Positions 63,201-64,000 of a stretch of 64,000 nucleotides of DNA are shown piece after piece. A program made the position numbers and the translations under genes. How positions within the stretch are numbered: position 1 is the stretch's first letter; each line of letters opens with the position of its first letter. This DNA is from Haliotis rubra. Its lineage: Eukaryota. Where the stretch lies: positions 1-64,000 of the forward strand of contig NW_025766043.1 of the NCBI RefSeq assembly GCF_003918875.1, in the 5' to 3' direction. Below the pieces are notes generated by a model. That model was given only the letters and a program-made list of their open reading frames with translations. It had not been told where the DNA came from and did no database searches.

Positions 63201-64000
63201 AATTTCCTTGCGGAGACGATGAAGTTTGTCTTCGCGGTTCGGGCTTTCTGACCATTGCTACGGGTTGACGACATGTGGCTCAGTATTGGCACGACGTCGT
63301 TGGCTTTCAGATATTTAACGTCAGTATGACGTTTCAGGAGAACAACGGGTTTTCCCGGTCGACTGGCGAGGACCAGTTCGCAATGGGGTATGTCGAGACA
63401 GTGTTGGATCCCCTGAAACCGGGAACCAGTCGCTGATCTGGGGTGCCGCCTGCGGAAGACTGACGACCGAGGTACTGTTGGTGCGGCGATAATTGCGCTA
63501 ACGTTGTGTCAACCGCCGGTCAATGGTCGGACTGACTATTATTCGTTCCAGGCTGATGACCATCGGGGGTCTGATGAACTTGACTCTGCTGACCGGTTTG
63601 GCGGTCGGCAATGTTTGTTGTGTTTTCGTTAACGGTGAACTGTTTCAGGTGGTTGTCGAGCATTCACTGCAGGGGTGGCCTGATAAATTGATGAGAATCG
63701 TTGTTGTGTTCAGGCATGCCGACACCTGGCTCTCGATGATTGTAAATAACTTGTCGGTTTTGTGAAATGTTGAACAACCGTTTGCCAGAATAGTATGCGC
63801 GGAATGTTTCAACTGAAGTAACGACAGAGCTTAATGAGCAATGTGAAAAATCTTATTCGAATCGCTTTACCGAAGAGGCTTTTTGTGCGGTTCGAAGGCC
63901 TGCAATTTTTAAAGGCTGACGCATATTATGCATGGCGGGTGATCGTCCGTAGTGTTTGATGATGCGGCAACGACGCGATGCTGGTCGGGCATGGTCACGG
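48290..64000 (-). other. Corrupted inverted copy of ~27,900-48,250 (probable long-read fold-back artefact)
   Basis: Exact reverse-complement anchors in colinear order: 47955-47965/48482-48492, 47890-47910/48530-48550, 35782-35798/57678-57694, 31817-31847/60880-60910 (31/31), 29728-29749/62488-62509. Blurred mirrors of the 69-bp (~49,900-51,640), 46-bp (~56,165-56,460), 23-bp (~56,870-57,650) and 196-bp (~60,060-60,770) arrays. Confidence 0.93.

Noticed and set aside
48290-64000. CpG-rich, bacterial-looking DNA with many short ORFs (possible HGT, symbiont or prophage)
   Set aside because: No recognisable protein. The whole stretch maps colinearly as a reverse complement of the left arm.
48290-64000. 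Ancient inverted paralogue or pseudogene of the FN3 gene, or an RNAi hairpin locus
   Set aside because: Young SINEs and homogeneous minisatellites are mirrored but as degraded as everything else. There is no exon conservation, and CpG gain with net deletion fits read error better than evolution. Not formally excluded without reads.

Overview
AT-rich animal genomic DNA. tRNA-SINEs with (ACTC)n tails suggest a mollusc, probably a gastropod (inference). Positions 1 to ~48,270 hold four protein-coding genes. (1) A minus-strand, 4-exon Crypton/DUF3504-type (KCTD1/ZMYM-like) gene that lacks the catalytic Tyr segment. (2) An ankyrin-repeat/SOCS-box gene. (3) A small HEAT-repeat gene with CPC and LCDGSP motifs. 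(4) At least 13 exons of a minus-strand FN3-array gene whose reconstructed protein reads [Robo-FN1-like]-[DCC/neogenin FN4]-[FN5]-[FN6]-[FN6]-[FN5]-[FN6]-[EGF-like]-stop, with no transmembrane segment seen. These are interspersed with three SINE families, a Tc1 relic, a Rex/Babar-like LINE relic, several MITEs and minisatellites. Everything from ~48,290 to 64,000 is a heavily corrupted, ~23% shorter, CpG-enriched reverse-complement copy of ~27,900-48,250. This is most likely a nanopore fold-back read built into the assembly, so ORFs there are not real and the 5' end of the FN3 gene is missing. Frameshifts, several at short homopolymers, in both multi-exon genes also point to an unpolished long-read assembly. 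All family assignments come from motif recognition by eye, not database searches.
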